Below, one piece after another: positions 10,080-21,620 of a DNA stretch of 64,000 nt; the first letter of the stretch is position 1, and each line of letters begins with the position of its first letter. A program made the translations under genes and the position numbers. This DNA is from an uncultured Solirubrobacterales bacterium (GTDB taxonomy: Bacteria; Actinomycetota; Thermoleophilia; Solirubrobacterales; Solirubrobacteraceae): NCBI GenBank assembly GCA_963843915.1, contig CAWJMH010000008.1, positions 141,409-205,408 on the forward strand. The letters run 5' to 3'. Under the pieces are notes generated by a model, which saw only the letters and a list, made by a program, of their open reading frames with translations, was not told the DNA's origin and did not search any database.

Positions 10080-12536
10080 TCAGCAGGCTGCGCGCGCCGT
10101 CGGTCGCTGCCCGCGAGCCGCCGTGCCGACCGCGGCGGGGCACGCCACCGGACTGGCGACGAGGATCGGCGCGGATGCACGGGACTCGTGCGGCGCGCCG
10201 ACGGCGGTGGCGCGCGCGTCTGCGATCAGCCGTCCCGCCGCCGACGGGAACGCGGTCACGAGGAAGCTCACCGAGCCACCTGTCTTGACCCCCGTGTAGT
10301 TGCGGCAGTAGAGGCCGCGGTATTTGTAAGTGCCGGGAGCGCTGACCTGGAGGAAGCTCCGCGGTGGTTTCGTGCACAGCCGGACATCCGTCCTACCCGA
10401 CCCGCGGCCGAGAGTGGCGAACACCCGGTAGGTGAGTTGCGCGGCCACGCGTCCCGCCGGCGGGGCGCTGATCTGCGCGTGGACGGTCGCGTTCGAGAAC
10501 GCCGTGACGTTCGCCTCGGCCATGTTGTTGGCGGTGTTCGTTTCGGGAGTCTGCGAGGACACGACCACGACGCTCTGCAGAGCGGCGGCGACGAGGATTC
10601 GCGTCCGGGTCCGGATCGTCACGGTGGCGCCGGGATCGAGCGTCGCCAGCGAGCAGCGCACCGGCCGGGGCCGCGTGCAAGTGCCGGCGGTCGTCGTCAC
10701 CGACAGCACGTGTGCGACCCGGTTGGCGGCCAGCTTGCGGTACTGCGGGATCTCGCGCACGACTACCCCGTCCGCCGCCTGGCTGCCGAGGTTGGTGACC
10801 CGCGTGACCGTCTCGATCGTGCCGCCGACCGGGAGCCGGCCGGGCGTGATCTGATGGGTGATTGCGAGATCCGCTCCCGATGTATCGGGGACCAGGCCCG
10901 GTCCGGTCGGCGGATCGGGAACGCCGGGGGGCAGCGTCGGCTGGTCGGGCTGGGTCGGCGGCTCGACCGGCGGCCCGGTTCCGGGGGTGCCGCTCCCGTA
11001 CACGAGCGTCACCGTCACGAACTCGTTCTGCCCGTCGAGAATCTCGACGGGGTTGAGGCTGATCGTCGTCGCCTCGGCCCCGTGCGGGTCGTCGACCGAG
11101 ATCGTGTACGACGCGCCGCCCACGACCTCGTCGATCGGCGCCGCACCGGCGACGTAACCGCCGGGTACGGTGACCGTGCCCGACGCGCCGGAGCCGAGCG
11201 GGAGCACGTGTGACACGCCGCCGTTGTCGCCGTTGCCGATCCGGACGTCCCACGTCTGGCCGGCGGGCGCGTCGCCCTCGGTCACGAGCTGGACGGTGAT
11301 CTGGCCCCGGCAATGCGCGCCGGTCCCGTTCGCCTGGACGGTCGTCGTTCCCGAGGTGGCGACGACGACGCTCGCAGCGCCGCCCCCGTGGACGTAGAAG
11401 AAGAAGTCGCTGTGGGGCGGGATATCGAACGAGCCGGAGTCAGGCCCGCCCCGGTCCTGCCAGGTGACGTGGCGAGTCTGATCGCCCGTATTCCGCATCT
11501 GCATATCGAGAGCTCCAGCGGCGTCGATGCACAGCGGCGCGAGCGACAGCGTGTGGTCGGGCGGTTCCGGCGGCACCGGCAGGCAGCCCGTGTACGTGAC
11601 CCGGTTGATCACCCAGGCCGAGTCAGGGACGGACGCGGCGATCAGCTGTCCGTACAGCTGCGGTTGGTTGGTGCTGGAGACCTCGGCGTTGGGCGCGAGG
11701 ATCGATCCCTGCCAGCCGACTCCGCGGCTCACGACCAACTCGGTGGCAAGCGGCATGTTCCACATCACCCCCGCCGGGGCGGCGCTGCCCGAGAGGTTCA
11801 TGTACATCGGCGCGATCGACAGGATCGTGGCGGTGTTGACGTTGATCAGCGCGGTCGCGCCCGGCTGCGTCAGGTCGATCACGATCCCGGCCGCCTGGAC
11901 GAGCTGCGTGGCGTCGACCGTGAAGACGTTCAGGCCGGTCGCGGTGCCGGTGAGCTCGAGCGCGTTTGAGTACTGGTTCAGGCTGACCGTGGCGCCGGGG
12001 GTCTGAGCCAGGTCGCCAAGCGAGGCGCTCAGCTCCTTGAGCGAGGTGAACTCGGTGTCGAACGAGAACGGCGGCGCCGAGTGCGTGAGCCCGCCGTTGA
12101 TGGTGAAGTTGGGAGCGACATCGCTCGTGCCGCCGTAGCTCACGCCGCCGTTGACGGTGCCGCCGTGCCCGGTCGTTCTCCCGGCGGTGAAGTTGCCGGC
12201 GGCGACGATCGTGGGAGCCGAGTCCCCCGCGGCCGGGTTGACCGAAACGCCGTCGAGGGTCACGTCGCCGGCGGCGGCCACCCGACCGGTGATGCTCGTC
12301 CCGGCCGGCTGCGAGGAGTTGAACGCCCCATCCGAGAACACCGCGAAGTTGGCGGCCTGTCCGAGCGACGCGCAATCCGACGCGCCGGCGGCCGACGCGG
12401 CGCTGAGCCGACCGACCCCTATCCCCGCTGAAACGACCGCGGCGAGAAGCCCGACGGTGACCCTGTTCCCCACGCCAGAGAGCACAGGTGCAATGTTAAC
12501 TCCCTTAGAGTCGCTCGCGGGGTTTTCGGTGAGCAC
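10080..12536 (-). CDS. Secreted choice-of-anchor A (collagen-binding-like) domain protein with a DUF11 domain
   Basis: Signal-like N-terminus; GRVAAAGDV, LNVFTVD, ALINVN, WNMPLAT..GSILAPNA..GQLIA; Pro-rich linker; ADLAIT..VTNLG..ETNTANN. Confidence 0.75.
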   Translation of the reverse strand: MLTENPASDSKGVNIAPVLSGVGNRVTVGLLAAVVSAGIGVGRLSAASAAGASDCASLGQAANFAVFSDGAFNSSQPAGTSITGRVAAAGDVTLDGVSVNPAAGDSAPTIVAAGNFTAGRTTGHGGTVNGGVSYGGTSDVAPNFTINGGLTHSAPPFSFDTEFTSLKELSASLGDLAQTPGATVSLNQYSNALELTGTATGLNVFTVDATQLVQAAGIVIDLTQPGATALINVNTATILSIAPMYMNLSGSAAPAGVMWNMPLATELVVSRGVGWQGSILAPNAEVSSTNQPQLYGQLIAASVPDSAWVINRVTYTGCLPVPPEPPDHTLSLAPLCIDAAGALDMQMRNTGDQTRHVTWQDRGGPDSGSFDIPPHSDFFFYVHGGGAASVVVATSGTTTVQANGTGAHCRGQITVQLVTEGDAPAGQTWDVRIGNGDNGGVSHVLPLGSGASGTVTVPGGYVAGAAPIDEVVGGASYTISVDDPHGAEATTISLNPVEILDGQNEFVTVTLVYGSGTPGTGPPVEPPTQPDQPTLPPGVPDPPTGPGLVPDTSGADLAITHQITPGRLPVGGTIETVTRVTNLGSQAADGVVVREIPQYRKLAANRVAHVLSVTTTAGTCTRPRPVRCSLATLDPGATVTIRTRTRILVAAALQSVVVVSSQTPETNTANNMAEANVTAFSNATVHAQISAPPAGRVAAQLTYRVFATLGRGSGRTDVRLCTKPPRSFLQVSAPGTYKYRGLYCRNYTGVKTGGSVSFLVTAFPSAAGRLIADARATAVGAPHESRASAPILVASPVACPAAVGTAARGQRPTARAAC

Positions 12537-12631
12537 CCCGTGACCTGGACTATCTTCTGGTGGACCGTGTACGTGTCGATGTCCCGGTTGCGCGTCGCGC
12601 CCGACCGTGCTCCCGAGTTGGTCGCCGCCCG

Positions 12632-13051
12632 ATGAGCCGGCGAGTCGCGCCGCCGAGTGGCATGCCGCCCCCCGAGCGCGTCACGAGTCCGCACGGCGTA
12701 GAGATCGACCTCGTGACGCTCGCGCGCGGGACCTGCGTGTCGTACGACTCAGAATTTCCAGACGAGCGCGAGCGCTACGGGCCCGCCGGCGCGGAGTGGT
12801 GCCGCCACGACTGCCAGCACCTCCTCAACTGGGCCGTGCTGAGCCTGACCGCCGGGCTCGACTACGACGCGCAGCTGGCGTGGCTCGCGCGCGTGCTCGA
12901 GGCGCGGGAGTTTCCGCTGCCCCGCCTCGCGCGGTGCCTCGAGTTGCTGGCGCTGGCCGTCCGCGAGCGGCTGCCGGACGAGCCGGAGGTTGCCGCGAGG
13001 CTCGATGCCGGCGCCGCATTCGTCGGGTCCCGCGCGAGCTTCCTTGACTGA
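12632..13051 (+). CDS. Hypothetical all-helical protein (globin/phycobiliprotein-like fold suspected)
   Basis: ERYGPAGAEWCRHDCQHLLNWA..LAWLARVLEAREFP..LARCLELLA; ATG 12632; followed by a terminator-like hairpin. Confidence 0.65.
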   Translation: MSRRVAPPSGMPPPERVTSPHGVEIDLVTLARGTCVSYDSEFPDERERYGPAGAEWCRHDCQHLLNWAVLSLTAGLDYDAQLAWLARVLEAREFPLPRLARCLELLALAVRERLPDEPEVAARLDAGAAFVGSRASFLD

Positions 13052-13060
13052 CCAACGGTC

Positions 13061-13092
13061 ATCCCGGTCCCCTCAGACGAGGGGACCGGGAT
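13061..13092. terminator. Probable bidirectional terminator hairpin
   Basis: Perfect 14-bp stem ATCCCGGTCCCCTC-AGAC-GAGGGGACCGGGAT between convergent genes. Confidence 0.75.
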
Positions 13093-13105
13093 ACCAGAAC
13101 AGCAG

Positions 13106-14143
13106 TTACGGCCTGACGCGGAAGACCTGTCCGGTCAGCTCGCCGACGTAGAGCCAGCCGTCGTTCCCGCCGAGCCCGACGGTCGGAGCGACGAAGCCCT
13201 TCAGCAGCGGCTTGAGGTTGCCGCCGCTCAGCGGGAGCGAGAGAACCTCGCCCTGCCCCTTGGCGCCGATGCCCGTGAACGAGGTCGTGTAGAGCCGCTT
13301 GCCCATGATGACCATGCCCATCAGGTCGGTGTGAGGACCGAACACCTGGAACGGCTAGGCGTAGCCGGTGCAGTTGCTCGCCGACGTCCAGTTGCAGGTC
13401 GGGAACCCATAGTTGTCGCCCTTTTGAACCCGCAGGATGAAGTCCGGCGGGTTCTTGGCGCCCGGAGTCCTGACCGAGGTCGGACACGAACGGGGACGAC
13501 GAGCCCTTCGGGAATGCCATCTGCCACGGCTGGCGGATTCCGGTCGCGAACACCTGGAGGCCCTTGCCGTTGCTGTTGAACGACAGGATGTCGTACAAGA
13601 ACGGCGACAGCGTCGACGGCCCATGGTCGTTGCCGTTGAGCAGGCCGGTGTCGGCCCCGACATACAGCCGCCCGTCCGCGCCGAACGCGATGCCGTTGAA
13701 GCCCTGGAACTTCTTCGGCGCCGTGTAGATCGCCTTCTGCTTGGTGAACGTGGTGCCGTTCCAGCCGCTCCACTTCCACAGCTGCCATTTCGGACCGGTT
13801 GCCGTGATCGCAGCCGCCGCTGACGTACAGCGCGCCCGTCATGCCAAGCAAGGCCGGCAACGAACTGAGGCGATCCGGGGATCAACGTCCCCGTGCCGTT
13901 CTTCAGCACGAACACGCCCCCGTTCGGCACCTTGTTCGATGCGGCACCGCCGTCACCCTCGAACACGTTGCCGCCGCCGAAGGCGAACGACGTGGGGGTG
14001 TGAAGGCCGGACGCCACGAGCTGAACCTGATGGCCGTTGGTCGCCTTGGGTGGCGGCGGGGGACCCGCAGCCATCGCGGTACTCGCGACGACCCCAGTTG
14101 CAACAGCGGATGCGGCGATCAACGCCGCCGTACGTCTACGCAT
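13106..14143 (-). CDS. Secreted glucose/sorbosone dehydrogenase-like beta-propeller protein (frameshifts and one in-frame TAG)
   Basis: Signal peptide MRRRTAALIAAS..AMAA; VASGLHTPTSFAF, FNGIAFGADGRLYVG, FATGIRQPWQMAF, GDNYGFP, GWLYVGELTGQVFRV. Confidence 0.75.
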
Positions 14144-14329
14144 ACGTCTGCTCCTTTCGAGTGCGCTACAGGCACGCGCCAAATGACCCCGACCGGGCGC
14201 GAGCGGCGAAGGTTAACACATAACAAGGCGAAAAAGTCGATTCCGGCTACCCCTGCTGCGTGATGCGGATCGGCCCGAGCACGATGATCGCCTCCGGCGA
14301 TCACACCGCTGCTGGCGCCCCGCAACGTT

Positions 14330-14365
14330 TTGACTCTGAATGCCCCGCAACTTGACTATGAATGC
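14330..14365 (+). promoter_or_regulatory. Tandem direct repeat TTGACT(C/A)TGAATGC, candidate regulator site or -35 for the catabolic operon
   Basis: Copies at 14330-14343 and 14352-14365 (13/14 identical, 22-bp period) in the AT-richer divergent intergenic region. Confidence 0.5.
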
Positions 14366-14509
14366 ACTATCGCGAGGGTGGCCGCCACACGGCACAAAAT
14401 CGTCCACAAGCGTGTTACCATCGCGACGGCGCTGCCTCAAAGGTCCAGCCACAGACTGGCCACAGGGAGCGTCGGCGAGTAGGCTGCACGAAGCGAGGAG
14501 AGCCGAGGG

Positions 14510-16151
14510 ATGAGCAATGCCATCCGTTTGAGCAGGCTTGCAGCAATTGCAGCCTGTCTGTTCGTGATCACCGCGGCCGTCAGTGCGTGCGGCAGCTCGA
14601 GTTCCAAATCGTCGACGTCGTCACGCCTCGTCGGCGTCGAGTTCGACTTCGGCAACGTTCGACGGCGGCGACTGGCACGCCGAAGCCGGGCGGGTCGCTG
14701 ACCGTGCTCGAGCTCGGCGGGTACGCCGGCGCGTGGCCGGCCGGCCTCGATCCCGCGACCAACGTCAATGGGGCCGCCGACCAGGATCAGATGAACTCGA
14801 TCTTCGGACAGCTGTTCCAGCTCGCCGCAGGCGGGAAGGTGGTCGCCGATCTGGCCGCCTCCGCCACCCCGTCGGCGGGCGGCAAGACGTGGACGATCAC
14901 GCTGCAGCCAAACCTCAAGTTCTCCGACGGTACGCCGCTTGAACGGCGCCGGCCGTTGTTGCCAACTGGAAGCGCGATCTGGCCAACCCGTGTACCTGCA
15001 AGCCGGTCCTTCCGCCGGTGAAGTCGATCACCGCGCCGAACGCGACGACGGTGGTGTTGAGCTTGGGCGCCCCCGATGGCGCGTTCCAGAATCAGCTGCT
15101 GGTCGCCAACCTGAACTGGATCGCCTCGCCGGCCGCGCTGAAGAGCATGGGGGAGCAGGCGTTCAAGATCAAGCCCGTCGGCGCCGGCCCGTTCACGGTC
15201 GTCAGCGACACGCTCAGCAGCACGCTGGTGCTGAAGAAGAACCCGAGCTACTGGCAGACGGGGCGTCCCTACCTCGACAACCTTACATTCAAGGCCACCG
15301 CCGACGACGAGGCCGCGCTCGAGGCGCTGCAGTCGGGCAGCGCGCAGGCGTACGACGGGATGGCGACCCCTTCGCTGGTGAGTACCTACAAGTCGCACTT
15401 CACGACGACCGAGCAGCCGGCGACGTCGCCATACGACATCCAGCTGAACACCGCGGCGCCGCCGTTCAACAACGTCAATGCGCGGCTCGCGATCTACTAC
15501 GCCACCGACACGGCGCTCATCGACCAGAAGCTGTTCGGCAACCAGTTCCAGGTGGTCCAGGGCTTCACCGCGCCGGGTGGACTGTTCTATTACCCGAACG
15601 TCCCGGGCTACCCGACGTACGACCTGAGCAAGGCCAAGTCGCTCGTCAAGCAGATCGGCGGGCTGAACGTGAACTTCTTCACCCTCGCCTCACCGGTCAA
15701 CCAGAACTTCATGGAGGCGCTCCAGAGCTTGTGGAAGCAGGCGGGAATCAACACCTCGATCCACCTGTACAGCCTCGCCGGGCTGATCCAGCAGTTTGTC
15801 TCCAAGAAGTGGCAGGCCGCGCTGCAGACCGCGGGCGCATGGGATCCGGCCGCGGGAGTGGGTCTCGGTTTCCGCTTCCTGTCGGCTTCGCCGTTCAGCG
15901 GCGTGCACGACCCGAAGCTCGACGCACTGATTCTCGGCGGCCAGGCGCAGGTCGATCCGACGGGCCGCGACCAGACCTATCAGCAGGCTGCCCAGTACAT
16001 CGCCAAGAATGCCGACGGGCCGTTCCTGTTCCCGCTCGCCAGCTGGAACGTCGCCGTGCACGGCGTGCAGGGGCCAGGGCTGACCACGTCGATCCCGTCG
16101 GTGGTGGTAAACACCGCTCCGCTGTGGCAGGACGTCTCATTCACCCAGTGA
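14510..16151 (+). CDS. ABC transporter substrate-binding lipoprotein, family 5 (Dpp/Opp-type), frameshifted
   Basis: Lipobox VSAC followed by a Ser-rich linker; PKPGGSL, LDPA, KFSDGTPL, PVGAGPF, KKNPSYW, LNTAAPPFNNVNARLAI. Confidence 0.9.
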
Positions 16152-16172
16152 CTGGGGCAGGGATAGCGCCTG

Positions 16173-17211
16173 ATGAGTAGTGCCTCCGCGCCGCTCAGCG
16201 CTCCGCTGGCGGCGCGGGCCGGCCGGGCGGGCCGGCTCGCCGGCTCGCCCACGCTGCGGTTCATAATCCGGCGGCTGCTGGCGGCGATCCCCGTTCTGTT
16301 CGGGGTGACGTTCCTGAGCTTCGTGGTGATGAACTCGTTGCCGGGCGACGCGGCGCAGGAGCTGCTGGGCGCGAGCGCGACGCCGTCGGAGATCCATCAG
16401 CTGGGGGTGAAGCTCGGCCTCGACAAGCCGTTCCTGACTCGCTATTGGGACTGGCTGCACCAAGCGCTCACCGGGCATCTCGGCCATTCGCTGTCGAGCG
16501 GTCAGGGCGTGGGCTCGATCCTCGGCCTCCGACCTGCCGGTGACGTTCGAGCTCGTCGCGTTCGCATTCTTGGTCTCACTGGCGCTCGCGGTGCCGATCG
16601 CGTTGCTATGCGCGCGCAAGCCGAATGGCATCGCTGACCGGCTGAGCATGATGTTCAGCATGGCCGGCCTGTCGATCGCGCCTTACGTGTTGGCGCTCGT
16701 GCTGGTGTACGTGTTCGCGGTGAAGCTGAACGTGCTGCCGGCGATCGGGTGGGTCCCGCCCGGGCAGAGCATCTCGCAGAACATCCGCTACCTCATCTTG
16801 CCGGCGGTGTCGATCGGCCTGGGCCTGCTCTGCTTCTACACGCGCCTGCTGCGCGCGGATCTGCTCGAGCAGATGCAGGGGGAGGACTACGTGGTGACCG
16901 CACGGGCCAAAGGGGTGCGTCGGTGGCGGGTGCTCACTCGCCACGCGCTGCGCAACTCGCTGTTCGGGCTGATCACCGTGGTGGCGTTGAACCTGGGCAC
17001 GCTGCTCGGGGCGACGGTGGTGATCGAGGACATCTTCGGGATTCCCGGAATCGGCCACGAGTTGCTGCAGGCGATCGACAACCGCGACATCCCGGTGATC
17101 GAGGGGATCGTGTTCGTGTTCGCGGTGATCGTGGTGTTGTCAAACCTGCTGGCCGACGTCCTGTACTCGGTGCTCGATCCAAGGATCCGCTATGGCCGAC
17201 CTACCGAGTGA
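16173..17211 (+). CDS. ABC transporter permease (DppB-like), frameshift near 16530
   Basis: RRLLAAIPVLFGV, LPGD, LGLDKP; EAA loop DYVVTARAKG..RHALRN. Confidence 0.92.
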
Positions 17212-18084
17212 TCTGGTAATAGCGGGCGTTGCCCCGTCGGCCGACGAGGATGCGGCCACCAGGGTGGCAGGCCGCTGGCGCGGCGCGGCTCGGAGTGACC
17301 GTCCCGGCGGCGATGGTCGCCTTCATCTTCCTGCTCTGCTTCGTCTGGCCGATCATCGGCCCGGTGCCGTCACCCACCGGAGGCAACATCCTGAACGCGA
17401 GCCTGCCGGCGTTCTCCTCCGGCCATTTCCTGGGGACCGATCCGGTTGGGAACGACGAGTGGTCCCGCCTCCTGTACGGCGGGCGCGCGTCGCTCGAGAT
17501 CGCGCTCGCCGTGCAGGCGATCGGCATCGTGCTCGGCGGGCTGCTTGGCGCCGTCGCCGCCTACATGGGCGGGTGGCGCGATGCGACGATCATGCGGCTC
17601 CTCGACGTGGTGATCGCGTTCCCCGCGTTCGTGCTGGCGGTCGCGATCGCGCAGGGTCTCGGTCCGAGCGAGCTGCACACGATCTGGGCGCTGTGCTTCT
17701 TCAGCGTGCCCGCGTTTGCGCGGATCTCGCGCGCGGCCACGCTGCGCGTGCGCGAGCAGACGTTCATGACCGCCGCGCGCCTGTCGGGCACGAGCTTCCC
17801 GCGGATGCTGCTCGGTCACGTCGCGCCGAACATCCTGCCCCAATTGGTCACCTTCGCGCTGCTCGGTACTGGAATCGTGATGATCCTCGAGGGCGCGCTC
17901 AGCTTCGTCGGCTTGGGAGTTCCGCCACCGGCGCCGAGCTGGGGGAACATGATCGCCCAGGGGCAGAGCACGCTCTCCGCCGACCCGCGCTACGTACTTG
18001 CTGCCGAGCGCCGCCCTGTTCATCACGGTCGTCTCGTTCAACCTGCTGGGCGACGGGCTGCGCGCGCGGTGGAGCAGCTCATGA
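17192..18084 (+). CDS. ABC transporter permease (DppC-like), frameshifted
   Basis: HFLGTDPVGNDEWSRLLYGGRASL, AARLSG..HVAPN, LSFVGLG..PSWGNMI, FNLLGDGLR. Confidence 0.9.
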
Positions 18085-19065
18085 CCGAGTCCCTCCTCGA
18101 GGTCAGCGACCTGCGGGTCGACTTCCGCCACCACGGACAGCTCGTACGGGCAGTGGACGGGCTGACCTATTCGATCCGCCGCGGGCAGACGGTGGCTGTG
18201 ATCGGAGAGTCCGGCTCGGGCAAGACGGTGAGCGCCAGGGCGATCATGGGCCTGCTCCCGCCGACGGCGACGGTCACCGGGTCGATCCGATTCGATGACG
18301 TCGAGATGGTCGGCCTGGCGGAGAAGGCCATGCGCTCGCACCGCGGGTGCGGCGTGGCGATGGTGTTCCAGGACCCGACCCGCTCGCTGAACCCGACGAT
18401 GCGGGTCGGGGCTCAGATCCGCGAGGCGATCCAGACCCACGAGAAGGCTTCACGCGGGGCCGCGCACGACCGCGCGCTCGAGCTGCTCGAGCTGGTGCGG
18501 CTGCCCGCGGCGCGCGAGCGGCTCGAGCAGTATCCGCATCAGCTCTCGGGCGGGATGCGCCAGCGGGTGATGATCGCGATCGCGCTGGCGGCCTCGCCGA
18601 AGCTGCTGATCGCCGACGAGGCCACGACCGCGCTCGACGTGACGACCCAGGCGCAGATCATGGAGCTCCTGCGCGACCTGCAGCAGCGGCTGGGGATGGG
18701 GCTGATCATGATCAGCCACGATCTCGGGCTGGCGGCGAGCTTCGCCGACGAGGTGGTGGTGATGTACGCGGGACGGGCGGTCGAGCGGGCGCCGACGCAG
18801 ATGCTGTTCGCGCACGTCCGCATGCCTTACACGCGGGCGCTGCTCGATGCCATCCCGCGTCTCGAGAACCCCTCGCATGCGCCGCTGGCCGCCGTGCCCG
18901 GCCAGCCGCCGAACCTCGCGCTGCGCGAGCCGGGGTGCCCGTTCACGCCCCGCTGCCCGAGCGCCACCGATAAGTGCCGCGAGCATGCGCCGGCGTTCGA
19001 CGAGCACGAGCCCGAGCACCTGTGGGCGTGCTGGCATCCATGTGAGGACGGGGTGAGGCTCGTGA
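18081..19065 (+). CDS. ABC transporter ATP-binding protein (DppD-like)
   Basis: [41 protein letters not shown]; runs in frame into the next ATPase as sequenced. Confidence 0.9.
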
Positions 19066-20097
19066 GCACCGGCGCCCCGCTGCTGGACGTGCGCCATCTG
19101 GTGCAGGAATTCGAGGTCCGCGCTCAGGGTGGGGTCAGGAGCGGCATGGTGCAGGCGGTGTCGGACGTCTCGTTCACGCTCCAGAAGGGAGAGACGCTCG
19201 GGCTCGTCGGCGAGACCGGCTCGGGGAAAGTCGACGCTGGCGCGCGCGATCCTGCAGGCGCCACGGCCCAAGGCCGGCGAGGTGCTGTTCGACGGCACCG
19301 ATCTGGTCAAGCTCAAGGGCCGGGACCTGCTGCGGGCGCGACGCCAGATCCAGATGGTGTTCCAGGACCCGTTTGGGTCGCTCGATCCGAAATGGTCGGT
19401 GGCCCGGATCGTCGAGGAGCCGCTGATCGCGTTCCGGACGGCGGCGCGAGCCGAGCGCCGGCGCCAGGTGACCGAGGTGCTCGACCGCGTCGGTCTCGAT
19501 CCCGGACGCTACGCCGACCGCCGCCCGCGATCGCTGTCGGGCGGTCAGGCGCAGCGCGTCGCGATCGCGCGGGCGCTGGCGCTCGACCCGGCGTTGATCA
19601 TCTACGACGAGGCGGTGTCTTCGCTCGACGTGCTGATCCGGGCGCAGGTCCTGAACCTGCTCGAGCGCCTGCGCTCCGAGCTCTCGCTCACGTATCTGTT
19701 CATCGCGCACGATCTGGCGCTGGTCAAGCAGGTCTCCGACCGGGTCGCGGTCATGTACCTCGGGAAGCTCGTCGAGATCGGTCCGGCCGAGTCGCTCTAC
19801 CGGGAGCCGCTACACCCCTACACGGTGGCGCTGCTGGCCTCGATCCCGAACCCCGATCCGGCGGCGTCGCGCGCGCCCGTGGCGGAGACGATCCAGGGTG
19901 AGCCGCCCTCGCCGATCGATCCGCCGAGCGGCTGCCGGTTCCGCACCCGCTGCCCGCGTGCCCAGGACGTCTGCGCCGCCGAGGAGCCACCGCTGCGCAG
20001 GCTGGCCGACGGCCATTTCGCCGCGTGCCATTTTCCGGTCTCGCGAGAGGCTCCGGCTCCCGACGGCGGAGCCGGCGGCGGTAGCGAGCGGTTCTGA
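19062..20097 (+). CDS. ABC transporter ATP-binding protein (DppF-like), frameshift near 19228
   Basis: AVSDVSF..GETGSGK/STLAR, LSGGQAQR, HPYT, PSGCRFRTRC..ACHF. Confidence 0.9.
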
Positions 20098-20119
20098 CGA
20101 CACGAGGTAGGAGGAGACG

Positions 20120-21618
20120 ATGGCACTGAACGAAATGAACGCGGCCGCGAACACGCTCGACGTGCAGTCGCTGCTGACCGACGGCACGCAGCTCATCGGC
20201 GGCGAATGGGTGCCGGCGCGCGGCGGGCGACACGATCGACGGTGTTGAACCCGGCGACCGGCGAGGTGATTGCGACCGTGCCGCGCTCCGGCGCCGACGA
20301 TGTCGCCGATGCGGTCGCGGTCGCCGAAGACGCGTTCCCAGCGTGGCGTGACACTAGTCCGAGCCGGCGGGGCCAGCTGTTGCTCGACTGGGCCGCGCTG
20401 TGCCGCGAGCACGCCCGCGACCTTGACCTGCTCGAGCGGCTCGAGGTCGGCCGGGTGAAATCGATCCCCGCCCGCCCCGGCCCGATGGCGGGGATCCTGA
20501 CGTTCACCGCCGGGCTGGCGGACAAGGCCACCGGGTCGACGTTGCCGAGCATGTTCCCCGACGTCATCGGGATGACACTGCGCGAGCCCTACGGAGTGTG
20601 CGGGAGCATCATCCCCTGGAACGCCCCCGGGCCGAACACTGTCAACGACGCGGGCCCGGCGATCGCGATGGGCAACACGATCGTGATCAAGCCCGCCGAG
20701 GACGCGCCCTTGACCTGTCTGCTGCTCGTGAAGCTGGCGCATGAGGCGGGAATTCCCGCGGGCGTGATCAACGTGGTCACCGGGTACGGGCCGGAGGCGG
20801 GCGAGCCGCTCGCCGGTCATCCGGGCGTGCGCCGCATGAGCTTCACGGGCTCGCCGGAGACTGGCCGTCGCGTCATGGAGGCGTGCGCGCGGCATCTGAT
20901 CCCGCTCCACCTCGAGCTCGGCGGCAAGTCGCCGCAGGTGGTGCTGCGGGATGCGCCTTTGGAGAAGGCCATCCCGACGATCGCTCGCAGCATCACGCTG
21001 AACACCGGGCAGATCTGCGCCGCCGGCTCGCGCGTCGTGGTCGATGCCGCGATCCGGGAGCAGGTGGTCGAGGGGTTGGCGGACGCGTTCAAGCAAGTTC
21101 GCGTGGGGCCTTGGTACGAGGAAGTCGACATGGGGCCGCTTATCAGCGCCAAGCAGGAGAAGCGCGTGCTCGGGTACCTGGAGTCCGGACGCGAGGAGGG
21201 CGCGCGAGTCGTGATCGGCGGCGGCAAGCTCAGCGGCGAAGGGTTCGACAACGGCTACTTTGTCGAGCCGACGATCTTCGACGAGGTGCGGCCGGAGATG
21301 CGGATCGCGCAGGAGGAGATCTTCGGCCCGGTGCTGTCGGTACTCGGCGCCGACGATGAAGAACAGGCGCTGTCGATTGCCAACGGCACGCGCTACGGCC
21401 TGGTTGCGTCGGTGTGGACGCGCGACGTCGGTAAGGCGGTACGCCTCGCGCGGCGAATCGAGGCCGGCCAGGTGTCGATCAACACGCTGTGGTCGGGGGG
21501 CGTGATCGGCGCGCCGTTCGGCGGCTACAAGTCGAGCGGCTTCGGGCGCACGGTCAGCGCCGAGTCGATCCTCGACTACACCCAGGTCAAGAGCGTGATC
21601 ATCGACGGGCGGGCGTAG
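20120..21618 (+). CDS. Aldehyde dehydrogenase (frameshift near 20225)
   Basis: RBS GGAGGAG before ATG 20120; IIPWN, KPAE, FTGS, LELGGKSP, GQIC, EEIFGPV, PFGGYKSSGFGR. Confidence 0.95.
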
Positions 21619-21620
21619 CC

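Noticed and set aside
13355-13357. In-frame TAG in the beta-propeller gene (GYA*PFQVFGPH) as possible pyrrolysine or read-through
   Set aside because: No pyl genes or methyltransferase context, and the gene has several other errors. A single substitution (e.g. AAG to TAG) explains it.
17229-19901. 890-aa permease-ATPase-ATPase fusion ORF
   Set aside because: Indels join separate dppC, dppD and dppF genes. ATGA and GTGA overlaps at 18081 and 19062 mark the usual starts. A true DppD-DppF fusion cannot be fully excluded.
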